From positions 1 to 49,985 of the forward strand of contig DAEN01000051.1 in assembly GCA_002495315.1 (NCBI GenBank): 49,985 nucleotides of DNA, read 5' to 3'. The position numbers were made by a program, and so were the translations under genes. The stretch comes from Thaumarchaeota archaeon UBA141. Lineage in GTDB: Archaea; Thermoproteota; Nitrososphaeria; Nitrososphaerales; UBA141. Under the pieces are notes generated by a model. The model did not search any database, was not told the DNA's origin, and saw nothing but the letters and a program-made list of their open reading frames with translations. Positions 1-8,429 of the stretch are shown piece by piece (position 1 is the first letter of the stretch; each line of letters begins with the position of its first letter).

Positions 1-141
1 CGCTATGGTTGTATCGGTTCCAATAGGAAGATGTGGCCCATGTTGTTCAAGACTACCAATGGGAATAATTGATGTTTTTGTTCGTTTCGAGAAGCTTTTG
101 ATCTCTTCCCACGTGTGGTCCGGCAGATACAAACTCTTCAC
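1..141 (-). CDS. arfB: Creatininase-fold protein, N-terminal fragment running off the left edge; likely 2-amino-5-formylamino-6-ribosylaminopyrimidin-4(3H)-one 5'-phosphate deformylase (ArfB)
   Basis: Not in the ORF track (shorter than 60 aa in-window). My minus-strand translation from GTG at 141-139 reads (M)KSLYLPDHTWEEIKSFSKRTKTSIIPIGSLEQHGPHLPIGTDTTIA and stays open to position 1. GS-x-EQHGPHLP-x-GTD is the creatininase-family metal-site block. The start lies 4 nt after the arfC stop. Confidence 0.65.
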   Translation of the reverse strand, partial: MKSLYLPDHTWEEIKSFSKRTKTSIIPIGSLEQHGPHLPIGTDTTIA

Positions 142-145
142 GGAA

Positions 146-823
146 TCACCTCGAAACCCTGTAAAACAGAACGAGATCTTGACCGTATCTTGAAGTCTTC
201 TTTAGAGACAGCTTTATTCCCTCCTTGACCAGTCGCACGCCTTCTCCATCTGCTAGAGTGATAGCTCGTTCTCCTCCTATAACTAATGGTGATAGCGCAA
301 CACTGACTTCATCTACCAATCCATTTGATAGCATGCTCCAGTTGAGTTTTCCGCCCCCCTCTAGAAGTATTCGATCGATGGATTTACTCTTTAGTATGCG
401 CATCATTTCGCTAAGATCTACTTGCTCTTTCCCACATACCAAAATTTCCGCTCCGGCTGATTCCAGACTTTCGATCCTTTCTGACGATGCATTTTCACTG
501 ACACAGATGTACGTCTTTACTTCAGGATCAACTTTGATTACTCTGGCATTTGGTGGTGTCCGTGCATTGCTATCAGCTATAATTCGTACGGGTTTCTTTC
601 CACGTGCATAACGAAGTGTTAGACTTGGATTGTCTGCAATTATTGTGCGAACGCCGACTAGAATGCCCCCAACAGAGGCTCGAAGACGATGGACTCTTTT
701 TAGATCTTGGAAAGAAGAGATCTTAGAATCTCCGGTTGCAGTAGCAATCTTGCCATCGACAGTCATAGCTGCGTTCAATATCACGTAGGGGCTATTTGTT
801 ATTGCATCTTGGGAGAGAACCAT
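146..823 (-). CDS. arfC: 2,5-diamino-6-ribosylamino-4(3H)-pyrimidinone 5'-phosphate reductase (RibD C-terminal-domain type, archaeal ArfC)
   Basis: 225 aa. N-terminus PYVILNAAMTVDGKIATATGDSKISS and LLEGGGKLNWSML are typical of the RibD_C/DHFR-like reductase fold. Lies in the rib operon. Confidence 0.85.
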   Translation of the reverse strand: MVLSQDAITNSPYVILNAAMTVDGKIATATGDSKISSFQDLKRVHRLRASVGGILVGVRTIIADNPSLTLRYARGKKPVRIIADSNARTPPNARVIKVDPEVKTYICVSENASSERIESLESAGAEILVCGKEQVDLSEMMRILKSKSIDRILLEGGGKLNWSMLSNGLVDEVSVALSPLVIGGERAITLADGEGVRLVKEGIKLSLKKTSRYGQDLVLFYRVSR

Positions 824-2033
824 GAACTAATTCACCCTTGACCATCACTGCTACTATGTCGTCAGGTCGAGCTCTGTGCACTATTGAAGAGATAATGTCT
901 TTTGAGAACTTCAAGTTTGAAGAACGACTATTTAGAAAAACAATATCTGCTATTTTCCCTTCCTCTAGTGAGCCAATTTCTCTTTCGAGTTCAAGTGCCT
1001 TGGCACCTCCTAGGGTAGCCATGCGTAGGACATCAGCCGATTTGATTGCGTTCGGGTCTCGGTGGTTTGCTCTAGACATCTTTGAAGCAAAATCCATTTC
1101 TCGGAACATGTCGCATGAATTCAGCATTACGTTGTCTGTGCCCAGACCAACATTGATTCCTAATCGTACGAGGTCGGTAATTGGTGGAAAGCCATGACCC
1201 AATATTGCATTTGCTCTTGGGCAGCATACTACTGATGTCCCTGATGAAGATATCTTTTCTATGTCTCTTCTTGTCGTGTGGACAAGATGCACTAAAAGAT
1301 GTGGCCTGAGATAAGTCAGAGCTCGAGATACTTCTGAACTTCCAAACGTTCTTATGGAGAATTCTGCAGAAGACCGAGCTTCTCCAACATGTACCGCGAC
1401 TAGTTTTCTGGCCTTCGAGGCAAGCGATGACAGATCCACTAGTGCCTGGTCAGTGAACTCGTTAGGTCCACTAACGCCAAGACCATTACCTTCCTGTAAG
1501 ACTCTCTCTGTTTCATTAATGATTTGTGTCGGAAGACCAACCCCAGTGTTGATGTCTAGTGGAGGCGAATAGTAGTTTGGTCTGCCCAGAGCTATGAGTC
1601 TATTCGCAAGTCCTTCTGCGGCTTTCTTGAGCAGTCTAAGTCCTTCTAGGCTAGTCTCTCGGAAGTCGGCTATAGTGGTGATGCCATTAGCAAGCATCTC
1701 TTGTAAGCTCTCTCTCATTCCCTCGACAAGCGTTTTTTGTGGCACTTCCTTGAGGATTCTGGATTTGAGGCCGGTGATTGGATGTACTAACTCCCCCATC
1801 GTCTTTCCAACTCCAATATCTTTGACTACTGAATCTCCTAGATGCACGTGCGCATTTATCATGCCTGGCATAGCTATCAGTCCATTTCCATCATAGCGCG
1901 TTCCACTAAAGGCAGGGAGATTGACGTCACTTAGTGTCTTGATCTTCGGGCCCTCGATCTGAAGAAAACTATCCTCCACAGGGCTGAATCCAGGCCCAGC
2001 TAGAGTCAGGGCACCTTCTATGATCGCATTCAT
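792..2033 (-). CDS. Amidohydrolase-superfamily, deaminase-type metallohydrolase (COG0402-like; cytosine/guanine/MTA-SAH deaminase pattern)
   Basis: 413 aa. Motifs: HxH (INAHVHLGDS), HxxE (VAVHVGEA), a further His (LVHLVH) and GLGTDN. ATGA stop/start overlap with arfA at 2030-2033; 32-nt overlap with the arfC start. Confidence 0.85.
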   Translation of the reverse strand: MNAIIEGALTLAGPGFSPVEDSFLQIEGPKIKTLSDVNLPAFSGTRYDGNGLIAMPGMINAHVHLGDSVVKDIGVGKTMGELVHPITGLKSRILKEVPQKTLVEGMRESLQEMLANGITTIADFRETSLEGLRLLKKAAEGLANRLIALGRPNYYSPPLDINTGVGLPTQIINETERVLQEGNGLGVSGPNEFTDQALVDLSSLASKARKLVAVHVGEARSSAEFSIRTFGSSEVSRALTYLRPHLLVHLVHTTRRDIEKISSSGTSVVCCPRANAILGHGFPPITDLVRLGINVGLGTDNVMLNSCDMFREMDFASKMSRANHRDPNAIKSADVLRMATLGGAKALELEREIGSLEEGKIADIVFLNSRSSNLKFSKDIISSIVHRARPDDIVAVMVKGELVHGSLPRCNNK

Positions 2034-2803
2034 CGTTCAGTGGACTTCATCAGTTTGCGCGTTGGTCCGTTTGTTCTTTCTTCTCTGATCTTATCTAGGT
2101 TGGCAGTAGCTAGCTCCATTGCTTTTCTAGCCCTCATTGCTATTCCAACTCCTCCTTTCAGTGAAAGGTGGAGGCCGCGACCAGTGTTTTCAAGGATTTT
2201 TTCAATAGAGTCTGCTCGAACACCATTAGCTACCGCGGCAAAGTTATCTCCTCCGAAGTAGAAGGTAAGTGCTTTCTTTTTCAGAAACTGTTCTCCTAGT
2301 GCAACTGAGATCTTTCTCATCATCATTGTAGTCTCAAACGCGGAGATAACGTCCACGTATTTCTGAGTGGCATAGTCTACATCGATATGCACCATCTGAA
2401 CTCGGTCTCCGGGGAAGTCTTGAGGCGTTCCAAGAAGGAGGCTTTTTCTCTTATTCGATTGTGCACTCCCTGCATGTTGAAGAACAACGGAGGCCATGTG
2501 TTGTGCTTCATATGGAGTATTGCCCCTTCCCACGCTCATGCTAATAGTGAAGGGGTATTTTGAGAGGATCTCTTCTTGAATGGAAGCATGTTCTGGAAGT
2601 CCTATCCCATTTGTAATAGCTAGGATCTCATCAAATCGATTGTAGAACACTATTCCATTTCTGTTTGAGATATGTTTCTGCAAATCGGAATATAGGGATG
2701 ATTGTAACATTTGAAGACGATACTCGCGATCATTCCCGAGTTCCATGGTCCAAGGACCATAGTTGTCGATCTGTATGAGCGTAATCTGGATCTTATTTGT
2801 CAT
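2030..2803 (-). CDS. arfA: GTP cyclohydrolase III (FAPy-forming, archaeal)
   Basis: 257 aa. The N-terminal IQITLIQIDNYGPWT block is characteristic of the MJ0145-type GTP cyclohydrolase III. Confidence 0.9.
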   Translation of the reverse strand: MTNKIQITLIQIDNYGPWTMELGNDREYRLQMLQSSLYSDLQKHISNRNGIVFYNRFDEILAITNGIGLPEHASIQEEILSKYPFTISMSVGRGNTPYEAQHMASVVLQHAGSAQSNKRKSLLLGTPQDFPGDRVQMVHIDVDYATQKYVDVISAFETTMMMRKISVALGEQFLKKKALTFYFGGDNFAAVANGVRADSIEKILENTGRGLHLSLKGGVGIAMRARKAMELATANLDKIREERTNGPTRKLMKSTER

Positions 2804-2805
2804 CT

Positions 2806-3267
2806 TTAATCTACCATTATCGTTTGGTTTTTGCCTTTGGTAGCTCGAATTCTTCTACTACTGTTTACCATCTTGATGGCTGCTTCTACTGATCTTCTAG
2901 AGAATTCATCTGCGCGAGCTAATCCCTGATCCATAGTCATGCCAGGTCCGGAGATCCCGAGGGTGACTGGCTTTTCATACTGAAGGGATAGATCCGTTAT
3001 CTTGGCTGCGACTTGCTGGGCTATAATCTGGTCATGTTGTGTTTCGCCCTGAACAATCGCGCCGAGAGTCACGACTGCGTCAACTTTCTGTCTCTTCAGT
3101 AGTAGCTTGATGAAAAGAGGCATATCAAACGCTCCAGGGACCTTGCAAATGTATGTGACTTTGGCTCCTGAGCTTTCTGCATATCTCTTAGCCGAGTTTA
3201 ACATCAATTGGGTGATCTCAGAATTGAATTCGGAGACTATCAGTGCCACGTGAACTTTATCATCCAT
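2806..3267 (-). CDS. ribH: 6,7-dimethyl-8-ribityllumazine synthase
   Basis: The conserved region starts at MDDKVHVALIVSEFNSEITQLM. I prefer this internal Met (3267) over the track start 3390, which would overlap ribB by 100 nt. Confidence 0.9.
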   Translation of the reverse strand: MDDKVHVALIVSEFNSEITQLMLNSAKRYAESSGAKVTYICKVPGAFDMPLFIKLLLKRQKVDAVVTLGAIVQGETQHDQIIAQQVAAKITDLSLQYEKPVTLGISGPGMTMDQGLARADEFSRRSVEAAIKMVNSSRRIRATKGKNQTIMVD

Positions 3268-3289
3268 TTGTTTTGATTCCACCTTGCGA

Positions 3290-4039
3290 CTACACATTTC
3301 TCTTGCTGGATTTTCTGGAAAGCTTCTTTGCTTCGAAGGAAGCAATAAGATCTGTTCCTTCAATGAATGGAATCCCATTTTCCTTGGCATATTTCTTAGC
3401 GAGATTATTGGTCAGGGCATTGTGAGTCTTGCCGTCTAGAATCTCACAAATCACTGTTGCCGGAATTAGGCCTGCTAGTTCAGCTAGGTATAGTGAAAGT
3501 TCTGTATGACCACGTCGAGTTGCAAGAAGTCCAGCAGCTGCGATCAGTATGTGCACATGGCCCGGGGATCTAAACTCGGAGGCCAGAAGTCTTCTAGCTT
3601 TAGCTGTGTTTTTGATTGTAGCAATTTCGCATAGTTTTGTTAATCCCTTGATAGTAATAGCTCTGTCGTGGTCTGTTATGCCTGTGTACGTGGTCCTATG
3701 GTTGACCGTAATGGAAAAGGCTGTTCTATCTCCATATGGTGCTACCCCGTCTGCCAATTCAGTGAGAATGCTGTAGTTCTTAGCTGCAAGCCGGTAGATT
3801 TCCGGCAAGAAAGGCAGGCCAAGAATTTTAGCGGTTGAATGGGTAATGGCTTGACATACAAATCCTCCAGCTTCCTCTCGCAAGCGTCTGATGTGGTCAG
3901 GAGTGACAAATTCCGCAGCAACAACCATGTCTGTTTCATCTTCCCTTGAAGAGACGTCGTGGATTAGTACAAACTTGCCCTCACGGAGAGCTCTAATGGC
4001 GTGGTCAAAAGAGAGGTCGCGATTAGCAGCTCGAGGCAT
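3290..4039 (-). CDS. ribB: 3,4-dihydroxy-2-butanone 4-phosphate synthase
   Basis: 249 aa. FVLIHDVSSREDETDMVVAAEF and GHTELS motifs match the DHBP synthase family. Confidence 0.9.
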   Translation of the reverse strand: MPRAANRDLSFDHAIRALREGKFVLIHDVSSREDETDMVVAAEFVTPDHIRRLREEAGGFVCQAITHSTAKILGLPFLPEIYRLAAKNYSILTELADGVAPYGDRTAFSITVNHRTTYTGITDHDRAITIKGLTKLCEIATIKNTAKARRLLASEFRSPGHVHILIAAAGLLATRRGHTELSLYLAELAGLIPATVICEILDGKTHNALTNNLAKKYAKENGIPFIEGTDLIASFEAKKLSRKSSKRNV

Positions 4040-4060
4040 GACGAAGAGTGTTCTACTTGG

Positions 4061-4070
4061 CTTTATATAA
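4061..4070 (-). promoter_or_regulatory. TATA-like box of the rib operon (TTATATAAAG on the minus strand)
   Basis: Centred about 27 nt upstream of the ribB ATG (4039). This geometry fits an archaeal promoter driving a leaderless mRNA. Confidence 0.45.
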
Positions 4071-4153
4071 CAATTACCAATTAATTAGCAGTAACCAATA
4101 ATATAGTAATGTACGTAGTTGATACTCTCCGGGTGGCCACACTGAGTATGGAC

Positions 4154-5728
4154 TTATGACTCTACCCTTGTCTGGGTTTGTTCCCGAAGGAATTGTGACA
4201 GATAATATGGTCCACCGACGCCCTTTCCAGTTGAGCCACTACACTTCCAGCCGCTGAATGATTGTGCGCCGGGCCAGGCACCAGTAGTAGCACCACCGCG
4301 TCTATTTGCATACGTCACTCCAAATTCAATCCCATCAAAGAACTGAGCTATCTCTGAAGGATCTTCACTGAATATTCCTGCTGTCAAGCCGAATTGTGTG
4401 TCGTTTGCCTTTCGGAGAGCTTCTTCAAGAGAATTACATTGGTCTACAATTACTATGGGTAGAAATAGCTCTTCTTTGAAGAGTTCGTGCTGAGCGGGCA
4501 GATCGGAAATGATTGTTGGTTCTACATAGTATCCTCGCGAGGCAGAACCTTTAGTGATGACCGATCCTCCCATGAGGATCTTTCCTCCTGCAGTCTTTGC
4601 TTGATCAATTACTTTTTGATATTTCGAAAGCGCGCTTGTGTTTACAACCGGTCCAACAAAAGTCTCCTTTAGTCTTGGATCGCCCACCTTGAGTTTTTTC
4701 ACTACCGGGAGAAAAGAATCAATGAATTCGTCCATTACCGTCGAAATTACATAGACTCGCGCGGTAGCGCTACATTTCTGTCCACTGTAGCCGAAAGCTC
4801 CTCGAGATATTCCTTCAGCAGCCTTTACAAGATCAGCTTTCGCCGTGACGATTGCCGGATTCTTACTCCCCATCTCTGCTATGACTGGCTTGGGATGCAG
4901 CTGGTCACTGGCAAACTTTCGATAAAGTCTCATTCCTACTGGCATTGAGCCTGTAAATGCTATGCCTGCAACCTTGGGGTTGCGTATGACCTCTTTCTCA
5001 AAGGCTTCACCTGGGCCTGTTACATAATTTAAGACGCCATCTGGGGTGCCTGCATTTCGAAAGTGTTCAAAAAGTCTCAACCCAGTGAAAGGTGCAGCGC
5101 TCGTTGGTTTCAGTACTACGGTGTTGCCAGTGATCAGCGCACCTGTAGCCATACCTGCAGTCAGCGCCAGGGGGAAATTGAACGGCGAAATTACGAACCA
5201 TGCTCCTAAAGGCTTCATTACGCTGATAGCCTGTTCTCCAGGAGCACCGGGGCCAAGCGTCCTCACAAAGCCTTGATTAGTTTCCAGTTGATCTCCATAG
5301 TATCGTAGCATGTCGACCGTTTCGCTAACTTCTGCCAGAGCTTCGTACCTATTCTTACCGACTTCGTAAGTTATCAGAGCAGAGAGGGTGTAAAGTTCCT
5401 CTTCAATCAAGTCGGCTGCTTTTCTTACAATCCCTACGCGAGTGTGGTAATCGAGTCGTCTCCAATCATGAAATGCATCCGTTGCTTCATCTATGGCCAG
5501 CTTGCCATGACTGCTCGTTCCTTTAGGGAAAGTGCCTATTGATACGTTGCGATCTATAGGACTGTGAACTTCAAATTCTCCACGGTTGGAGCGGATCTTT
5601 CGTCCACCGATATGCATATGGTGGCGCTTTCCTAACAGGCCCTTGACTCTTTGGAGAGCGCGATCATATTTCTCATGGATGCTCTCATCTCCTAGGAGAC
5701 TAACGTAAGTGAGCTTTGGGGAGCTCAT
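4154..5728 (-). CDS. Aldehyde dehydrogenase family protein (P5C / semialdehyde dehydrogenase-like)
   Basis: Catalytic Glu (EMGSKNP) and Cys (GQKCSA) motifs are present. I prefer the internal Met MSSPKLTYV (5728) over 5803. A weak TATA-like element lies about 28 nt upstream of 5728. Confidence 0.85.
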   Translation of the reverse strand: MSSPKLTYVSLLGDESIHEKYDRALQRVKGLLGKRHHMHIGGRKIRSNRGEFEVHSPIDRNVSIGTFPKGTSSHGKLAIDEATDAFHDWRRLDYHTRVGIVRKAADLIEEELYTLSALITYEVGKNRYEALAEVSETVDMLRYYGDQLETNQGFVRTLGPGAPGEQAISVMKPLGAWFVISPFNFPLALTAGMATGALITGNTVVLKPTSAAPFTGLRLFEHFRNAGTPDGVLNYVTGPGEAFEKEVIRNPKVAGIAFTGSMPVGMRLYRKFASDQLHPKPVIAEMGSKNPAIVTAKADLVKAAEGISRGAFGYSGQKCSATARVYVISTVMDEFIDSFLPVVKKLKVGDPRLKETFVGPVVNTSALSKYQKVIDQAKTAGGKILMGGSVITKGSASRGYYVEPTIISDLPAQHELFKEELFLPIVIVDQCNSLEEALRKANDTQFGLTAGIFSEDPSEIAQFFDGIEFGVTYANRRGGATTGAWPGAQSFSGWKCSGSTGKGVGGPYYLSQFLREQTQTRVES

Positions 5729-5831
5729 GACAACAATATCCTGTGCGATTCCTGTGTATAAGTAATGTGTGCATGGGATGTCCCTGGACAGCACATAGTG
5801 CAATAGAGGTTACTCCCAGTAGTGATGGATG

Positions 5832-7994
5832 TCATGTGCGGTTGATGACGCCGTTCAAATATTGGTCGATGGTATAAGAAAATCCTTGAGGAAGGACTAT
5901 TGTGGTATCTTCTGCTTCGATTATTCCCGGACCGTCTATCCTATTGCCACATCTGAGCATTTTTCTCTCATACGTCTTTGTAGCCTGAAAGGTTCCAACA
6001 TCTTGCCAAAATACCTCTCGCTTGCCCTTGAATGCATTGGTAGGGTCGGTTCCGTTTGTCTTGTGCCGTGGAAATCGAGGTTTTTCCGTTTGGACAATCG
6101 TCTTAAGCAGGAGGTTTTCCACTTCGATTCCACTCTCTGGATATGTCGCCGCACTACTGTAAAGTCGGGCATACTCTTTCTCGAACGCGCTACAGACAGC
6201 TTTCGCATCTTTTTCTCCCTCAAGGTGTAGACGCGGGGATACAATTCTGGTTGTGTTTAGCTGAGTACCCCATTTCATGTCGAGCTCGAGAATGACCTGC
6301 GTCTGACGGTCTGAGAATCCCTCGCCTCGCATATCCTTTATTGCTCGAGTTTGCAATTCATCGACTATCTCGTTGAAAATAGTGTAATCTGGGACGTACT
6401 CTCCTCTGAATCCGTTGTCCAACGTGATGCGGTGTCCCTTTTCATATGTGTGCATTATGTCCATTGTTGCAGCTCCAAAGGCACAAAAAACTGGTGAGAA
6501 TGGTAATGTGAGTATTGTTTTCACTCCTAATTCTGAAGCGAAGCCACAGCAATGAGTAGGTCCTGCGCCCCCGTATGCTACTAAAACGAGGTCACGTGGA
6601 TCATGTCCCTTTAACGCTGTTTCCTTGTAGAGCTCAGCTCCCATGTTGGCATCTGCAATCTTTCTAATAGCTGCCGCAGATTCTGCTAAATCTAGGCCGA
6701 GCGGTTCAGCGATTTTATTCTTAAGGGCATCTATTGCTCTATCACGTCCGAGAGATATGCGGCCCCCGAGGAAATATTTTGGATTGATGTACCCGAGGAT
6801 CACATCTGCATCAGTTAGAGTAGGTTCTTTTCCTCCCTGACCGTAACACGCCGGCCCGGGCATAGAGCCGGCACTCTGTGGGCCGATCTCTATTTGGTTC
6901 CCGAGGCTGTAGTTGATATGAGCTATCGAACCACCTCCGACTCCGATTGATTTCACTTCTAGAGTTGAGAGGGCCACCAACCATCTGTCAATGACGGGCC
7001 TGTACTGGTACGAGCTTGCCTGGCCGTCAGCGATCAAACCCAGGTCAAAACTCGTGCCTCCGACATCAGTGAGAATTAGATTCTTGTAGCCATATAGCTG
7101 ACTCAGGAATACTCCGCCAAGAAGGCCTGCTACTGGTCCGGCTCCATATAGTTGATACGCCATTGTTCTAGAAACTTTTCCTGTTCCACCCGAGTTGTGG
7201 ACAATCACAAGAGGCTTCGTATAGCCAGCGTTCCGGAGCTCATCACCCAAAGCCGTTAGTTGCTCTGCAGCGTCCTGGTGAAGATAAGAATTCAGAATTG
7301 CAGCATTTGTTCTGGGATATTCGCCAAGTTTCGGTAAGACCTCGCTGGATAGGATGATGGGTAGTGCACCAAGGTAGTGTTCGGGGTACTCTTCTTCTAT
7401 TATGCTGCGGATCAATTGTTCATGCGCGGGATTCATATGAGACCAGAGAAGAGCCACGACAAAACCTCTGGCGCCTGAGTCTACTAGATGTTGAACCACA
7501 TTCCTGACGTTCTCTCGGCTCAACGGCATGACTTCTTGACCGAAACAGTCGATCCTTTCATCAACCCCTGCAACCATCTCGGGCAGGACTAAGGGGACGG
7601 GTTTTCTGAGTGTCGCGTAATGAATACCGCGTTGATATTCAACTGGAAGGCCATCGGCCCATTGACGGGAACGACCTATGGTGACAGTATCCTCGAAGCC
7701 CTTTGTTGTTATGAGCCCAAGCTTAGGGCCTGTTCTTTGGATGAGGGTATTTGTAGGGATGGTTGTGGAGTATCTGATGATCTCTGCTCTGCCTAAGAGC
7801 TCGTCGCGGTCCAACCCCAACTCGCGGGCTGCCCCCTTGACTGCTGTGAGGAAACCTATGGAGAGATTGTGATGTGTTGTAGGGGACTTCGCGGTGACTA
7901 TCCGTTTCCCATGCACGACGAAGCAGTCGGTGAACGTCCCGCCAATATCGACACTTATCGTATTCTTAGGACTGTTTTCTCGCATGTTTACCAC
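5832..7994 (-). CDS. Hydantoinase/oxoprolinase A-type subunit (HyuA / acetone carboxylase beta-like), paralogue 1
   Basis: 720 aa. Shows DIGGTFTD, TDVGGTSFD and GGAGPTHC actin-fold ATPase blocks shared with the other two paralogues. The start may be ATG 7985. Confidence 0.85.
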   Translation of the reverse strand: MVNMRENSPKNTISVDIGGTFTDCFVVHGKRIVTAKSPTTHHNLSIGFLTAVKGAARELGLDRDELLGRAEIIRYSTTIPTNTLIQRTGPKLGLITTKGFEDTVTIGRSRQWADGLPVEYQRGIHYATLRKPVPLVLPEMVAGVDERIDCFGQEVMPLSRENVRNVVQHLVDSGARGFVVALLWSHMNPAHEQLIRSIIEEEYPEHYLGALPIILSSEVLPKLGEYPRTNAAILNSYLHQDAAEQLTALGDELRNAGYTKPLVIVHNSGGTGKVSRTMAYQLYGAGPVAGLLGGVFLSQLYGYKNLILTDVGGTSFDLGLIADGQASSYQYRPVIDRWLVALSTLEVKSIGVGGGSIAHINYSLGNQIEIGPQSAGSMPGPACYGQGGKEPTLTDADVILGYINPKYFLGGRISLGRDRAIDALKNKIAEPLGLDLAESAAAIRKIADANMGAELYKETALKGHDPRDLVLVAYGGAGPTHCCGFASELGVKTILTLPFSPVFCAFGAATMDIMHTYEKGHRITLDNGFRGEYVPDYTIFNEIVDELQTRAIKDMRGEGFSDRQTQVILELDMKWGTQLNTTRIVSPRLHLEGEKDAKAVCSAFEKEYARLYSSAATYPESGIEVENLLLKTIVQTEKPRFPRHKTNGTDPTNAFKGKREVFWQDVGTFQATKTYERKMLRCGNRIDGPGIIEAEDTTIVLPQGFSYTIDQYLNGVINRT

Positions 7995-8319
7995 GATGTT
8001 TTGTCTTCAGAAGGTCAATGTCTAGCTCGATGTCATTCGTAATGGGATGTCCAGGAGGGAGATATTCTACTTCTAGAACGGTTCCGCAGCCTGGGCAGAC
8101 GAATTCCAGGATTCGACACCATTTTGGATCAGGGGCGAGGGTGTATTTACCTCTAACTAGAGGTGGATGCACGTCAGTAGGATCGCGCTCCAATACCAAA
8201 CACCCCTCCTTGTAGCTCTTGCGAGCAGAGATCAGTTGTCTTCCACACCTGTTACAACACCATGACTCTTCCTCTAAATCCACTTCCAAATGGTCCGTTA
8301 TTCTGTGTCTCGATCCCAA
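7966..8319 (-). CDS. Small zinc-ribbon protein, acetone carboxylase gamma subunit-like (gamma1)
   Basis: 117 aa. Two CxxC pairs (CCNRCG ... CPGCGTVLEVEY). Overlaps the start of HyuA paralogue 1. Confidence 0.7.
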   Translation of the reverse strand: MGSRHRITDHLEVDLEEESWCCNRCGRQLISARKSYKEGCLVLERDPTDVHPPLVRGKYTLAPDPKWCRILEFVCPGCGTVLEVEYLPPGHPITNDIELDIDLLKTKHRGKHARKQS

Positions 8320-8429
8320 CTTCTAAGATCTATTGTCGATGTTTGTCCTTCTTAAACATCATATGCTTGGCATGTGCTAAACTGGATACACAGAAAGACA
8401 CAATAGACCCTGATATCTATGTAAATGGA

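Noticed and set aside
5-193. Plus-strand 62-aa ORF at the left edge
   Set aside because: It lies opposite two conserved minus-strand coding regions, the creatininase-fold arfB N-terminus and the arfC C-terminus. It has no recognisable motifs, so it is most likely a shadow ORF.
3268-3390. N-terminal extension of ribH in the track (start 3390)
   Set aside because: It would overlap ribB by about 100 nt. Lumazine synthase homology starts only at MDDKVHVALIV (Met at 3267).
8329-8407. 8-nt inverted repeat TCTATTGT / ACAATAGA, about 70 nt apart, in the gamma1/BKACE divergent region
   Set aside because: The arms do not extend beyond 8 bp and are far apart. This is plausibly chance in an AT-rich intergenic region, and I saw no second occurrence elsewhere.
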